DNA of 64,000 nucleotides from Malacoraja senta (lineage: Eukaryota), in assembly GCA_038087875.1 (NCBI GenBank), contig CM076001.1, positions 1,118,001-1,182,000 on the forward strand, given 5' to 3'. The notes under the pieces were generated by a model. The model was given only the letters and a program-made list of their open reading frames with translations, was not told the origin of the DNA and ran no database searches. The position numbers and the translations under genes are program-made. Within the stretch, counting starts at the first letter, position 1, and each line of letters begins with the position of its first letter. This document shows positions 11,493-23,733 of this stretch, one piece after another.

Positions 11493-12130
11493 AGTGTGAA
11501 AAATATCCATCTTCTAGACGCGCTGGGATGCATCCTCAGTGATGTGACCTGGGGTCATCGGGTGTTTCGGGTCTCACACCATCAGACACCCTCTCTCAGG
11601 CGACCCAGCCGGGGTTGAACAGGCCCCGACTTGCGTCCCAGCAGCAACCGCCCACGGATCAGCCATCTTAATAACTACTCTGCAGGGGTTGGGAGATTCT
11701 AGTGCGTGGAGGGACTGGGCTCTGTGGGGTGAGTCCTGGCCAGGCTCCTCCTACGCCTCACTAGGTTCAAGGTCTGTGCGCTGCACCTCTCTCCTTCTCT
11801 GAGCATTTCATTCTTGCCTAATGGATTTTTAGGCCATGGTAGTTCATTAGGCCTATCCATAGCTTTATTGGGTGTCTTTCTCACGAAAGACACAGACTGG
11901 GGTGCTAACCCAGCCTTTCTCGGGTGCCGTCTTTCCGTGCCGTCAACTGTCTCTCCAGTAGTGACCAAACTATTCTTGGTTGTCACCCAGTCTATTCCTA
12001 GATGCCACTGGCTGAGCCAGTCTTCAGTGTGAAAAATATACATCTTCTAGATGCGCTGGGACACATCCTCAGTGATGTGACCTGGGGTCATCGGGTGTTT
12101 CGGGTCTCACAACATCAATATCAATATCAA
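11493..12130 (-). mobile_element. Non-autonomous HERO-type retroelement: 533-bp unit plus 92-bp terminal redundancy
   Basis: Direct repeats 11493-11584 / 12026-12117, flanked by ACACCTT (11486-11492, 12131-12137). The interior shares 'tgacggc..ggaaagac' with the 5' UTR of the HERO element at ~26990, and its 3' UTR shares that element's RNA architecture. Confidence 0.7.
11522..11642 (-). ncRNA. Candidate permuted/pseudoknotted hammerhead-core RNA (copy in non-autonomous element)
   Basis: Minus strand GGGTGTC|TGATGG...GACCC-GAAACACCC...CATCA-CTGAGGA-TGCATCCCAGC, with complementary partners (see findings). Confidence 0.55.
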
Positions 12131-14789
12131 ACACCTTCAATATCAATCATGATCATTAAAAAAAATATTCTCAGATTATGAGCATCGATAATAAGGCCAG
12201 CAGCTTTTGCCCATTTCTTGTTATCCTTGAGAAGAAGATGAAGAACCTGGTATAGCTTATATGGTGAAGGTGCTTAAACTTGACTGCAAGGGAATTCCAC
12301 GACATCTTCATTTTGACAAAGCAACATTAAAGGAACAATGATACATCTTCAAGATGGAATAATGTATGGCCTGAAGGGAAATTTGAAATAACAGTGTGCT
12401 ATTAATACATCTATTGACTTATCCTTTCTGTCTTGGCTTTTCTATAGACCTCAGTGTTCCATTTGGTCCTGAACTCATTTTCAGATCTCAAAGTCTCTAT
12501 CACATGAAACCTTCAGGACTACTTAATTCCTGGACCCAATTCCAATATCAGCAGTGAAGAGAATGGATATTTATGTTGGAGAGTGGGGCCCAATAACAGT
12601 AAATTAGAAATATATTGATAAATACATTTGTTCAACAAATCAGTAAACCAGTGGTAAAGTGGGAATTAGTGAATACATTAATTATGTAAGATTACCAGAG
12701 AATGATAATACAACGGGCATTGGTGAATGAATAGAGCATTATTCCCTTAATTATTCCACAATTAAGAAATTCATAGAGCAGCAGAAGCACCAACAGATCA
12801 ACAAATTAATTGAGCAGCACTAAATGAATGAATTAAATGCAGAGGGAGCAAAAGAACTAATGGATTGATGTCAATGGAGGGTAAAATCATGAGTGATGTA
12901 AAACAGGCAGCTGACCCCATCCTATCAATTTCCCACTGGGCAGGTTAAAATTACTACTGAATGTCGTTTTGTTACAACACATTATGTAACTGGCATTATA
13001 ATAATTTGATCTGCATAGCCTTTGGAGCATGGAAGTCTATTAAATTTACTTCCATATATGTTTAAAATCATACTTAAGACCTGCAAGCCTGTGTGACTTG
13101 GAACTGATGAACATTAAATTCAGAACAAGTTGAAAGGAAATTATGCTTGCAGTCTTCAAACCTCTGCCTCGTATCTGATACTTTTGGGCAATCTTATGGT
13201 GCCTGATTAAAATATACTTTGTCTCCCCATGTTAGTGCTCTGATCTTCCACTGGTTGTGTTCTTCCTCTCTCTCTTTATGTGTGTGTATATATATATCTT
13301 CATTAATCTATCAACAACATGACATCATATATACAGGTTATCCCACAGCAGCCGCAGCCTCATCAGCGATATTATCTTTATCCTTTCCATCCCCACCCCT
13401 CCCTCCTTGAAACTTCAAACTATTATATTTTCACTTTTTCCCAGTTCTGATGAAAGTTCTTTAATTTGAAATGTTAATTTTGTTTCTCTATCATTAGATG
13501 CTGCATGATGTGTTGTGTGTTTCCAGTGTTCTATATATTATTTTCAGTGTCTGTAGTTTGATTTTCTTCATAATAAGGAACCTACTGCACATTTTGTCAA
13601 ATATGGTGCACTACCATCTGGAGGAGAGGATTAGAGGAATATCTGTGGGTAAATTGAGCAGTTTTGTCCACTGTCATTTTATGCAGCTGCAACTACTGTC
13701 TGACAGTATTCTGCTCCACTCAGAAGATGCAATGCCCCTTGATATTCAACTATGGCTAATTTTCCTCCTTCAGCCTTTGGAAATGTTGACAAATGTTTAC
13801 GAACTACCTTTTGGTTTAAAAAAAAAGTGATTCCTTTTAGCAATTACATTGATATTCTCCTCGTATGTCAGTTACATGCATTGTTCCCGCAGCAGTGTGC
13901 ACAGGATGACTATTCAAGTCAAACTGGTGTTTCCAACTCTGGCAAGGTCACAACAGCTTAGTTTAGTTTATTGTCACATGTACCAAGGTGCAGGGAAAAG
14001 CTTTTGTTGCGTGCTAACTGAGGTTTCATTACAGTGGAGTCCCTGTCATAATGTTGGTTGGAGTGCATAATTGTCCCCATTTTGAAGGAGATGTCATATT
14101 TTCTTGCAGGCCCTCAAGCCTCCCTTTCTACTCTCCTAGTCTAGAAAACAAGAAAATTGATTACGTTTACATTTTAGAACAAGTTTAAATCCAGATTAGG
14201 GCCTGGAAGTTCAACCGCAAAATCCTTAGCTCAGCATTATATGTTACTATAAATTGATTACCCCAGAATGGAATGTGTTTATAATACTGTTTGAGTTATT
14301 AAAGATGTCATTAACCCTGTCACTTGCAAACTCTGTACTCTGCTGCATAACATTCTGTTGGTTGACTGCTCATTCTAAGACACGTTTCCAAATAGAATGG
14401 CTCCATTTAGAGCAAGCCACCTCACCCCCATTTCTACACAATTTCTAATTTCAGTAAGAGTGTTAATTTCAATGCGGAGGAGTCATGATGAACATACATA
14501 GAACTGTGATGCCTAATTTCTTCTGCGATCCAGGGACATGGAGCTTGCCTTATCAAGAGAAGACCATTTAGTTCTGAGAGTACTCCTTTCCGGCTGAAAA
14601 AGATAGGTAGTGGTTGTGACTTGGCCTTAAGATTAAAAAAAGAAGCAAATTAGTGAATTAAGCCATTGAAATAATATCCTTAGTTGATGAATATGTTTGT
14701 ACCACTGTCAGAATGTGTGGATATGGTCAGAGGCAAGGGATGGATAACTCTCTGGTGGTCAATGACTGTTAGACATGGAGAGAAGGAGG

Positions 14790-15350
14790 AATTAGAGTGA
14801 TACAGTGTGGAAACAGGCCCTTCGGCCCAACTTGCACACACTGGCCAACATGTCCCAGCTACACTAGTCCCACCTGCCTGCGCTTGGTCCATATCCCTCC
14901 AAACCTGTCCTATCCATGTACATGTCTATGTTTCTTAAATGTGGGATAGTCCCAGCCTCAACTACCTCATCTGGCAGCTTGTTCCATACACACACCACCC
15001 TATGTGTGAAAAAGTTATCCCTCAGATACCTATTAAATCATTTCCCCTTCACCTTGTACCTATGTCCTCTGGTCCTCAATTCCCCTACTCTGAGAAGAGA
15101 CTCTGAGCATCTACCCAATCTATTCCTCATGATTTTGAACACCTCTATAAGATCACCTCTCATCCTCCTGCGCTCCAAGGAATAAGAGACACAGCTGACT
15201 CAACCTCTACCTATAGCTCACACCATCTAGTGCTCGCAACATCCTCGAAAATCTTCTCTGAACCCTTTCAAGCTTGACAATATCTTTCCTATAACATGGT
15301 TCCCAGAACTGAACACAATATTCTAAATGCGGTCTCACCAACGTCTTGTA
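14790..15350 (-). mobile_element. CR1 LINE 3' fragment
   Basis: Same subfamily as 7063-7515 / 9487-9802. Confidence 0.85.
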
Positions 15351-15354
15351 GATG

Positions 15355-15750
15355 AGGACCCACAATCCTGTTTATATGGTGGAGAGAGTAAAAAACTTCA
15401 AATTCCTCGGCGTGCATATTTCCGAAGATCTTTCCTGCAATTATAAAGTAAGCACATAAACTTTACTTCCTGAGAAGATTAAGGAGATTTGGTATGTCAG
15501 AGAGGATTCTCTTGAACTTCTTCAGGTGTACAGTGGAGAGCATATTGACTGGTTGCATCATGGCCTGGTTCGGCAACTTGAATGGCCCAGGAGCAAAAAA
15601 GACTGCAAAAAGCTATGAACACTGCCCAATCACCAGCTCTGACCTTCCCACCATCGAAGTCCAGGTTCAGGAACAGCTTGTTCCCTACAGCCATCAGGCT
15701 ATTAAACACTACAACCTCAAATAAGCTCTGAACTACAATAGGACGAAGGA
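15355..15750 (+). mobile_element. Rex1/Babar-like LINE 3' fragment
   Basis: FKFLGVHISEDLS...FLRRLRRFGMS.RILLNFFRCTVESILTGCIMAWFGN is typical of the Rex/L2-group ORF2 C-terminus. Confidence 0.7.
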
Positions 15751-17246
15751 CAAAGGACATTTATTGTCACGTACACCAATTGGTGTAGTGAAATTTGAGT
15801 TGCCACTGCAGCACACCAATAAAAAAACCCCACAACATTAAAGAATTTAACATGAAACATGAAAACATCCCCCCACAATGGTTCCCACTGTGAGGGAAGG
15901 CAACAAAGTCCAGTCCTCATCCTCTATGTTCACCCTGTGGTCGGGCCTATTGAGGCCTCTGCAGTTGCCGTGACGGCGGCCCGATATTTCAGGCCCCCTC
16001 GCCGGATGATGGAGCTCCAACGTCGGGATAACACTGTCTGGAGTGTCTGGAACGGCCGCTACCCACCAGAGACCGCGGCTCCCGGAGTCCACAGTCCGCG
16101 CTGGTCGGAGCTCCAACACTGGTGATCTCGGCGAGAGATCCCAGGCTCCACGGTGTTTAAAAGTCAGCGCCGCCCACGGCTGCACGCTCTGCAACCACAG
16201 CTCCGCGATGTTGGAGTCGGCGGTATCAGCACTCCGGAGCTTACCGCACGGCGGCCCTCGGTAAGGCATCGCCCGCTCTGCGATGGTCCTTCAGCGCTGC
16301 GCCGCCGCAGAAGCTGACGTTCTGGCCGGTCCCGGCAGGAAACGCCGCTCCAGTCCAGATGGTAGGCCGCGAGGAAGGGACGAAGATGCGGCTCAGAGAA
16401 AAGCCGCCTCTCTGACCAGGTAGGGACTGAGAAAAGCAGTTTCCCCCTTTCTTCCCCCCCCCCCCCCCCAACCACCCACATAAAAAGACTAGAGGACCAC
16501 CAAGACAAAACACACTAACACACTAAAAAATTAAAAAAGGTTGAAAGGACAAACTCCATACTCGACGGCGCCCCCACTGAAGTATATATATATAACAATA
16601 ATAAGTATAATAATAAAGTATATATATATAACAATAATAACAAGACTATTATTGTTATTATTGCACTACTATTGTTTGTTTTTTGTGTGTATGTATGTGT
16701 GTCAGGCATGAGATTTCTCCGCGGATTTTGAAATTCGGTTAAAAAAAAAAAAGTCTAAATCCAGTCCAGACTTACCATTTTGACGAGGATCGCCAGTGTT
16801 GGAGCTCTAACATTGGCCTGTGGACGTTAACACCGTGAAGCAGCGGCCAACTCGGAGTTTCGATCATCCTGACGAGAGGGCTTGAATAGTGGATCGTCGG
16901 CAAAGGCCCCGACCATGGGTGAATAAAGGAGGGAGATGACTGAACTTTATTGCCTTCCATCACAGTGGGGAATGTTGATTCCACTGTGGTGGATGTTTAT
17001 GTTAAATTTTATTTTATTGGCTGTGTGTATTTTTGCTTTTTACTTATTATGACTGTATGGTAACTCAAATTTCACTGTACCTTAATTGGTACATTGAATC
17101 TTGAATCTCTCCGTGAGACAGTGAGCTGCTGCGCCGATGGTTGAGTGCGTGGAAATCCTCGGAGTCGATTTTAGCAGAAAGCGTGTACGCGGTGTGGGCC
17201 GACCGTCTTTGCATGCGAATCTCTACGGCTAGGGCTCAGCTCCGCA

Positions 17247-20200
17247 CAGGTAGACTGGGAAAATCAGGTTGGTTCAGGACCCCAAGAAAGAGAGTTTGTA
17301 GAGTGCTTCCGAGATGGATTCTTAGAGCAGCTTGTAATGGAGCCAACCAGAGAAAAGGCAATTCTGGATTTAGTGTTGTCTAATGAACCAGATTTGATAA
17401 GAGAACTCGAAGTAAAGGAACCGCTTGGAGGTGGTGATCATAATATGATTCGTTTTAATCTGCAATTTGAGAAGGAGAAGGTTAAATCGGAAGTGGCAGT
17501 GATGCAGCTGAACAAAGGGGATTATGAAGGCATGAGACAGGAGCTGGCCAAGGTAGATTGGAAAGGGATACTAGCAGGAATGACGGTGGAACAGCAATGG
17601 CAGGAATTTCTGGGCATAATCCGGAAGACGCAGGATCATTTCATTCCAAAAAGGAAGAAAGATTCTAAGGGGAATAGGAGGCAACCGTGGCTGACAAGAG
17701 AAGTTAGGGATAGAATAAAACTAAAAGAAAAGATGTATAACACAGCAAAGAGTAGCCGGAAGCCAGAGGATTGGGAAATTTTCATTGGACAACAGAAGGA
17801 AACAAAACAGGCAATACGGGCTGAAAATATGAAGTACGAAGGGAAGCTGGCCAGGAATATAAAGAAGGACAGTAAAAGCTTCTTTAGATATGTTAAGGGA
17901 AAAAGTGTAGCAAAGTCAAATGTCGGTCCCTTGAAGGCAGACACGGGTGAAATTATTATGGGGAACAAGGAAATGGCAGATGAGTTGAACAGGTACTTCG
18001 GATCTGTCTTCACTAAGGAAGACACAAACAATCTCCCAGAAGTATGAAGGACAGAGGATCTAAGGGGGTCAAGGAACTGAAAGAAATTTTCATTAGGCGA
18101 GAAATAGTATTGGGTAGGCTAATGGGACTGAAGGATGATAAATCCCCTGGGCCTGATGGACTGCATCCCAGGGTCCTCAGGGAGGTGGCTCTAGAAATAG
18201 TGGATGCATTGGTGAGCATTTTCCAATGTTCAATAGATTCAGGATCAGTTCCTGTGGATTGGAGGATAGCTAATGTTATCCCACTTTTCAAGAAAGGAGC
18301 GAGAGAGAAAACGGGGAATTACAGACCAGTTAACCTGACTTCGGTGGTGGGAAAGATGCTAGAGTAAAATATTAAAGAGGTAATAATGGGGCATTTGGAT
18401 AGCAGTAAAATGATTAGTCCAAGTCAGCACGGATTTATGAAAGGAAAATCATGCTTGACTAATCTTCTGGACTTTTTTGAGGATGTGACAAGTAAAATGG
18501 ATGAAGGGGAGCCAGTGTATCTGGACTTTCAGAAAGCCTTTGATAAGGTCCCGCACGGGAGACTGGTGACTAAAATTAGAGCACATGGTATTGGGGGTAG
18601 GGTGTTGACGTGGATAGAAAATTGGTTGGCAGACAGGAAGCAAAGAGTAGGAGTGAACGGGTCCTTTTCAGAATGGCAGGCAGTGGCGAGTGGAGTGCCG
18701 CAAGGCTCGGTGTTGGGGTCGCAACTGTTTACCATATATATTAATCATTTGGAAGAGGGAATTGGGAGCAACACTAGCAAGTTTGCGGATGACACAAAGC
18801 TGGGTGGCAATGTGAACTGTGAAGGGGATGTTAGGAGGTTGCAGGGTGACCTGGACAGGTTGAGTGAGTGGGCAGATGCGTGGCAGATGCAGTATAATAT
18901 AGATAAATGTGAGGTTATCCACTTTGGTGGCAAAAACAAGGGGGCAGATTATTATCTCAATTGAGTTAGGTTAGGTAAGGGAGAGTACAGTGAGAACAAG
19001 GTGTCCTTGTACACCGGTCACTGAAGGTTGGCGTGCAAGTACATCAGGCAGTGAAGAAAGCTAATGGAATGTTGGCCTTCATAACAAGAGGATTTCAGTA
19101 TAATAATAATAATAATAATAATAATCATTTTATTTACTGGCGCCTTTCTAAAACCCAAGGACACCTTACAATGTATAGAATCACCAAAAAAAAAACAAAA
19201 AAAAATACAAAACACATAATTGGAATAAATTAAATATAAAAACACCACAGTACACAAATCAAGGACAGAATTCAATTTCAAGAGCACCAAAATAAAATAA
19301 GAAACACAATTTGAGGAGAGAGCAGCGGCGACCAATTCGCGCCAGCGTCCACTCTCCCCTCCGACCGCCATCTTGTACACGGACTGACAGGCACAGCACA
19401 CAAAATCATCCCCCCACAATGACCACCACTGTGGGGGAAGGCACAATGTCCAGTCCCCAACCCAGTTCTCCCCAGAGTCAGGCCCATCGAGCCACCACAG
19501 TTGCCTCTACGGAGGCCCGATGTTCCTGGCCGTCGGGAGAGTCCTCGGAGCGGCTGGAACGGCCGGTTTCCCGACGGAGTCGATGGCACCTGAAGCCGAC
19601 AAGGCCGCGCCGATTTGGAGCCACGAGGCTCCCGATGTTGGAGTCGGCGCCGCCGCCCGCGGCTGGTCGCTCCGCAGTCCCGCAGCCCGGAGGTGTTGGT
19701 GTCGGCGGACAGCGCATACCGGAGCTCCAGCGCGTCGATCCAGCGCGGCGACCCAGGCAAGGCATCGCCCGCTACGCTCTCCGATAGCGCTCCAGCGCTG
19801 TGCTGCCACCGAAGCTGAAGGTGCTGGGTGGTCCCCATCAGGAACGGCGCTCCATGCCCGCTGGTAGGCCACGAGGACGGGTCGACGAGGCAGCCTGGAG
19901 AAAAAGCTGCCTCACCGACCAGGTGGGGACCTAGAAATAGTTACCCCCTTACCCCCCCACATTAAAAGTCAAAACCCCCCAAACAAACAAAGAAATAAAA
20001 AACACTAAAACAAAAGAAAGAGTGAATTTGACGGACGGCTGCTGTTTAGCAGCCGTTCCTCCAAGATGGCGGCTCCTCCATGTATAGGAGAAGAGAGGTT
20101 CTTCTGCAGTTGTATAGGGCTCTGGTAAGACCACATCTGGAGTCTTGTGTACAGTTTTGGTCTAATTTGAGGAAGGACATCCTTGTGATTGAGGCAGTGC

Positions 20201-20682
20201 AGCGTAGGTTCACGAGATTGATCCCTGGGATGGCGGGACTGTCATATGAGGAAAGATTGAAAAGACTGGGCTTGCATTCACTGGAGTTTAGAAGGATGAG
20301 GGGGGGATCTTATAGAAACATATAAAATTATAAAAGGACTGGACAAGCTAGATGCAGGAAAAATGTTCCCCATGTTGGGCGACAGTCATAGAATAAAGGG
20401 GAGGCCCTTTAAGACTGAGGTGAGAAAAAACTTTTCACCCAGAGAGTTGTGAATTTGTGGAATTCCCTGCCACAGAGGGCAGTGGAGGCCAAATCACTGG
20501 ATGGATTTAAGAGAGAGTTAGATAGAGCTCTAGGGGCTAGTGGAATCAAGTGATATGGGGATAAGGCAGGCACGGGTTATTGATTGGGGACGATCAGCCA
20601 TGATCGCAATGAATGGTGCTTGTAAGGTGCTGGCTTGAAGGGTCGAATGGTCTCCTCCTGCACCTATTTTCTATGTTTCTAG
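17247..20682 (+). mobile_element. Decayed CR1 LINE (EN C-terminus to 3' tail) with a nested insertion at ~19103-20081
   Basis: EPTREKAILDLVLSN...DHNMI (APE endonuclease end) and RT motifs across ORFs 17337-18964. It resumes at 20082 with GTATA duplicated around the insert. Confidence 0.92.
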
Positions 20683-20814
20683 AGTAGGTGTTTTCCTTTG
20701 TCCTCTAGGCCTACCATATCGGGGTTGGGGCAGGGAGCACAAAGTTACATCCACGTACACAACGCTCACACTGCATTCAAGAGTCTGTATGTCATAGTTA
20801 CTACAATGTTCATT

Positions 20815-21230
20815 TTTATCTGATTCAATCAGATAAAATGTGTTATTGTAAGGTATAATTTAAAAAAATTACAGTATAAATTAAGGGTAAACAAGCAAGG
20901 AAATGGCGTTATTTCAAGGTACAATTATCAAGAAATTATCAAAAAATTCCTGTGTAAAGGATTCTCTCCAATTAGAGTAAACAAGCAAGGAACAGGTATC
21001 ATGTTACAAGTAGGTGTAGGTGTAATATACAATATTTTCAATATGACAAGTGTAAACAAGCAGAGTTGGTGTCATTTTAAGGTATGATTATCACAAATTT
21101 TCTGTGTAAATTAAGAATTGACAAGCAAGAAAATGTGTTATTTTAAGATGCAATAAAAAAAATACAGTATAAATTAAGGGTAAACAGGCAAGAAAAAGGT
21201 GTCATTTCAAGGTATAAAATTATTGGACAA
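20815..21230. repeat. Degenerate AT-rich tandem repeat (~55-65 bp unit)
   Basis: Recurrent aaattaagggtaaacaagcaag(g)aaa..gtgt(t/c)attt(t/c)aaggta units. Confidence 0.7.
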
Positions 21231-21344
21231 TTTCTGCATGATCATTTATTTATTTGCCTCTACTCCACAATTTGAGATTTGTAATAGAAAAAAATCACGT
21301 GGTTAAAGTGCACATTGTCAGATTTTATTAAAGGCCATTTTGCC

Positions 21345-23733
21345 CGCCCGCCATCCGTGTCCCGGCTCGGCGCTCGGCGCTAGCTCTCGGGCCTCCGCTC
21401 GGCGCGAGGCTCTCCGCTAGCTCTCGGGTCTCCGCTCGGCGGTAGCTCTCGGCTCGGCGCTAGGCTCTCCGCTCAGCGCTAGCTCTCGGCTCAGCGCTAG
21501 CGCTCGGCTCGGCTCTCGGGTCTGCTCTGCATGGCTGGCCGCCGAGCACATCATCGGCCGTGGTTGTGCGCAAGTGCGGCCCTGCACATGCGCACTGCCA
21601 TGGCAACTGGTCAGCATCGGCCACTTTCTCCCTCCCTTTGCATTGTGGGAGTTCTGGCCGCCATTGCTGTCCGGTCGCTGCCTCACTGCGACCGCTGAAA
21701 ACCAACGCAGAATCGCTCCCTGGAGCTGCAGTAACTCCCTGGAGTAACTCTTGCTTCTTGGTTTCCTGGTCCTCCAAAAATATTCGAAATGGAATTTAAA
21801 CTGGTGGACCCACCAACACCAAACTCCAAACTCTGAAAAATAACAGCCTATTGCATTTTATCTGTTTATTTATTGTGTGTATATATGGTCTATAGTATAT
21901 AGACACATTGAACTTTTATCTCCTGTTCTGTATTATGTTTACATATTCTGTTGTGCTGCAGCAAGCAAGAATTTCATTGTCCTATCTGGGACACATGACA
22001 ATAAAACACTCTTGACTTGGACTTAGGCAAAAAAGGGTTCTTGGGAAAAAAAAAAAAGCTACCTTAAATGTAGTTGCGTCTGGTTGGTACCTATGGTAGG
22101 GTGAATACTATTCCATGCTTTAATTGTGCGGGGGAACTCCATGGAGCAGCCAGCATCTCTGGATAGAAGAAATTGGGTGACGTTTTGGGTAGAGACCCTT
22201 CTTTAGATTTCCTCTGGTTTTAGTGTTTTTAGTTTAATTTAAAGATACAGCGAGGAAACAGGCCCTTCGGCCCACCGAGTCCACGCCAACCACCGATCAC
22301 CCGTACACTAGTTCTATCCCACACATCAGCGACATAAGTTAAGAGTGTTTTATTCTCTCACATCCCAGTTAGAACAATGAAATCCTTACTTGCAGCAGCA
22401 CAACAGAATATGTAAACATAGTACTCTGTAAACATTGTTATAAACGAGAAAACAAAACTCCATACAGACAGCACCCATATTCAGGATCAATTCTGGGTCT
22501 CTGGCAATTTTAGGCAGCAAATGTATGGCCAATGTACTGCCCCAATAGCCTTGAACTGAATTAAAACATACAGTAGCTGTAAAGGGGGACATAACGTCAC
22601 TTAGAGATTTAAGACTGCAAATGGATAGTTTCTTTTTTTTTTAGTAACCAAAGTCATCAACGTATAATTTTGTGCGTGTTGGAAAATAAAATATAGTGGC
22701 ACAGCTGGTAGACTTGCTGCCTCACACGCCAGAGATCTGTGTTCGACCCTGTTCTCGGGCACTGTCTGTGTTGAATTTGCACATTCTCCCTGCAAGCGTG
22801 TGGGTTTCCTCCCACATCCCAAAGACGCATTGGCTTTGTAGGTTAACTTGTCTCTGTAAAATTGCCCCTAATGTGCAGGGAGTGGGTGAGGAAAGTGGGA
22901 TAACAGAACTTGTGTGAATGGGTAGACAAAAATGCCGGAGAAACTCAGCAGGTGAGGCAGCATCTATGGAGCGAAGGAAATAGGCGACGTTTCGGGTCGA
23001 GACCCTTCTTCAGACTGATGTCAGGAGGGGTGGGGGTGGGAAAAAGAAAGGAAGAGGCGGAGACAGTGGGCTGTGGGAGAGCTGGGAATGGGAGGGGAAG
23101 GAGGGAGAAAGCAAGGACTACCTGAAATTGGAGAAGCCAATGTTCATACTGCTGGGGTGTAAACTACCCAAGCAAAATTTGAGGTGCTGTTCCTCCAATT
23201 TGCGGTGGGCCTCACTCTGGCCATGGAGGAGGCCCAGGACAGAAAGGTCGGATTCGGAATGGGAGGGGGAGTTGAAGTGCTGAGCCACCGGGAGATCAGG
23301 TTGGTTATTGCGAACTGAGTGGAGGTGTTGTGCGAAGCGATCGCCAAGCCTGCGCTTGGTCTCACCGAGGTTGATCATACGCTGAATAACCATATTTTTG
23401 TTTGGAAGTGGAAAGAGATAATAGAAATTGCATTCATTGCAACGTGTAAAAAGAGATGAGATACTGTATTGTAATTTTGCCGCATGTCATTGTCGTATAT
23501 ATCATGTCTTGATTGGTGAATATGTTTAGTTTGTGACTTTATTTGAAGCAGAAATAATATGTGAGCTTCATTGAACATAATTCCGACTGGTAACTACGCA
23601 CTTCGTCCGAGCACATTATCGCACGCGTCATGCAAGCCGTCTTAAATGACCACCTAAACTGTCATTTGGCAACCTAAAAAGCTGCTGTGGTTGCCTGGCT
23701 GGCAACAGGGAAAAAAGTTAAGCGAGAGCCCTG
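21345..23733. mobile_element. Composite non-autonomous hAT-like element (left end missing) carrying SINE/Penelope/LINE cargo
   Basis: Ends in ...GAGAGCCCTG (CAGGGCTC-type TIR). 21345-22457 matches 38187-38980 in inverted orientation, and that copy ends in ...TTGAGCCCTG at 39108. Confidence 0.55.
22921..23370 (-). mobile_element. Penelope-like element 3' fragment: GIY-YIG endonuclease plus hammerhead-bearing terminus
   Basis: GETKRRLGDRFAQHLHSVRNNQPDLPVAQHFNSPSHS peptide; hammerhead motif at 22986-23013. Confidence 0.85.

Noticed and set aside
21240..21340. Tc1 TIR fragment as the end of the Tc1 at 23734-26850
   Set aside because: It matches the TIR of the different Tc1 family at 56741-59303 and has no TA|CAGT terminus, so it is treated as an orphan fragment.
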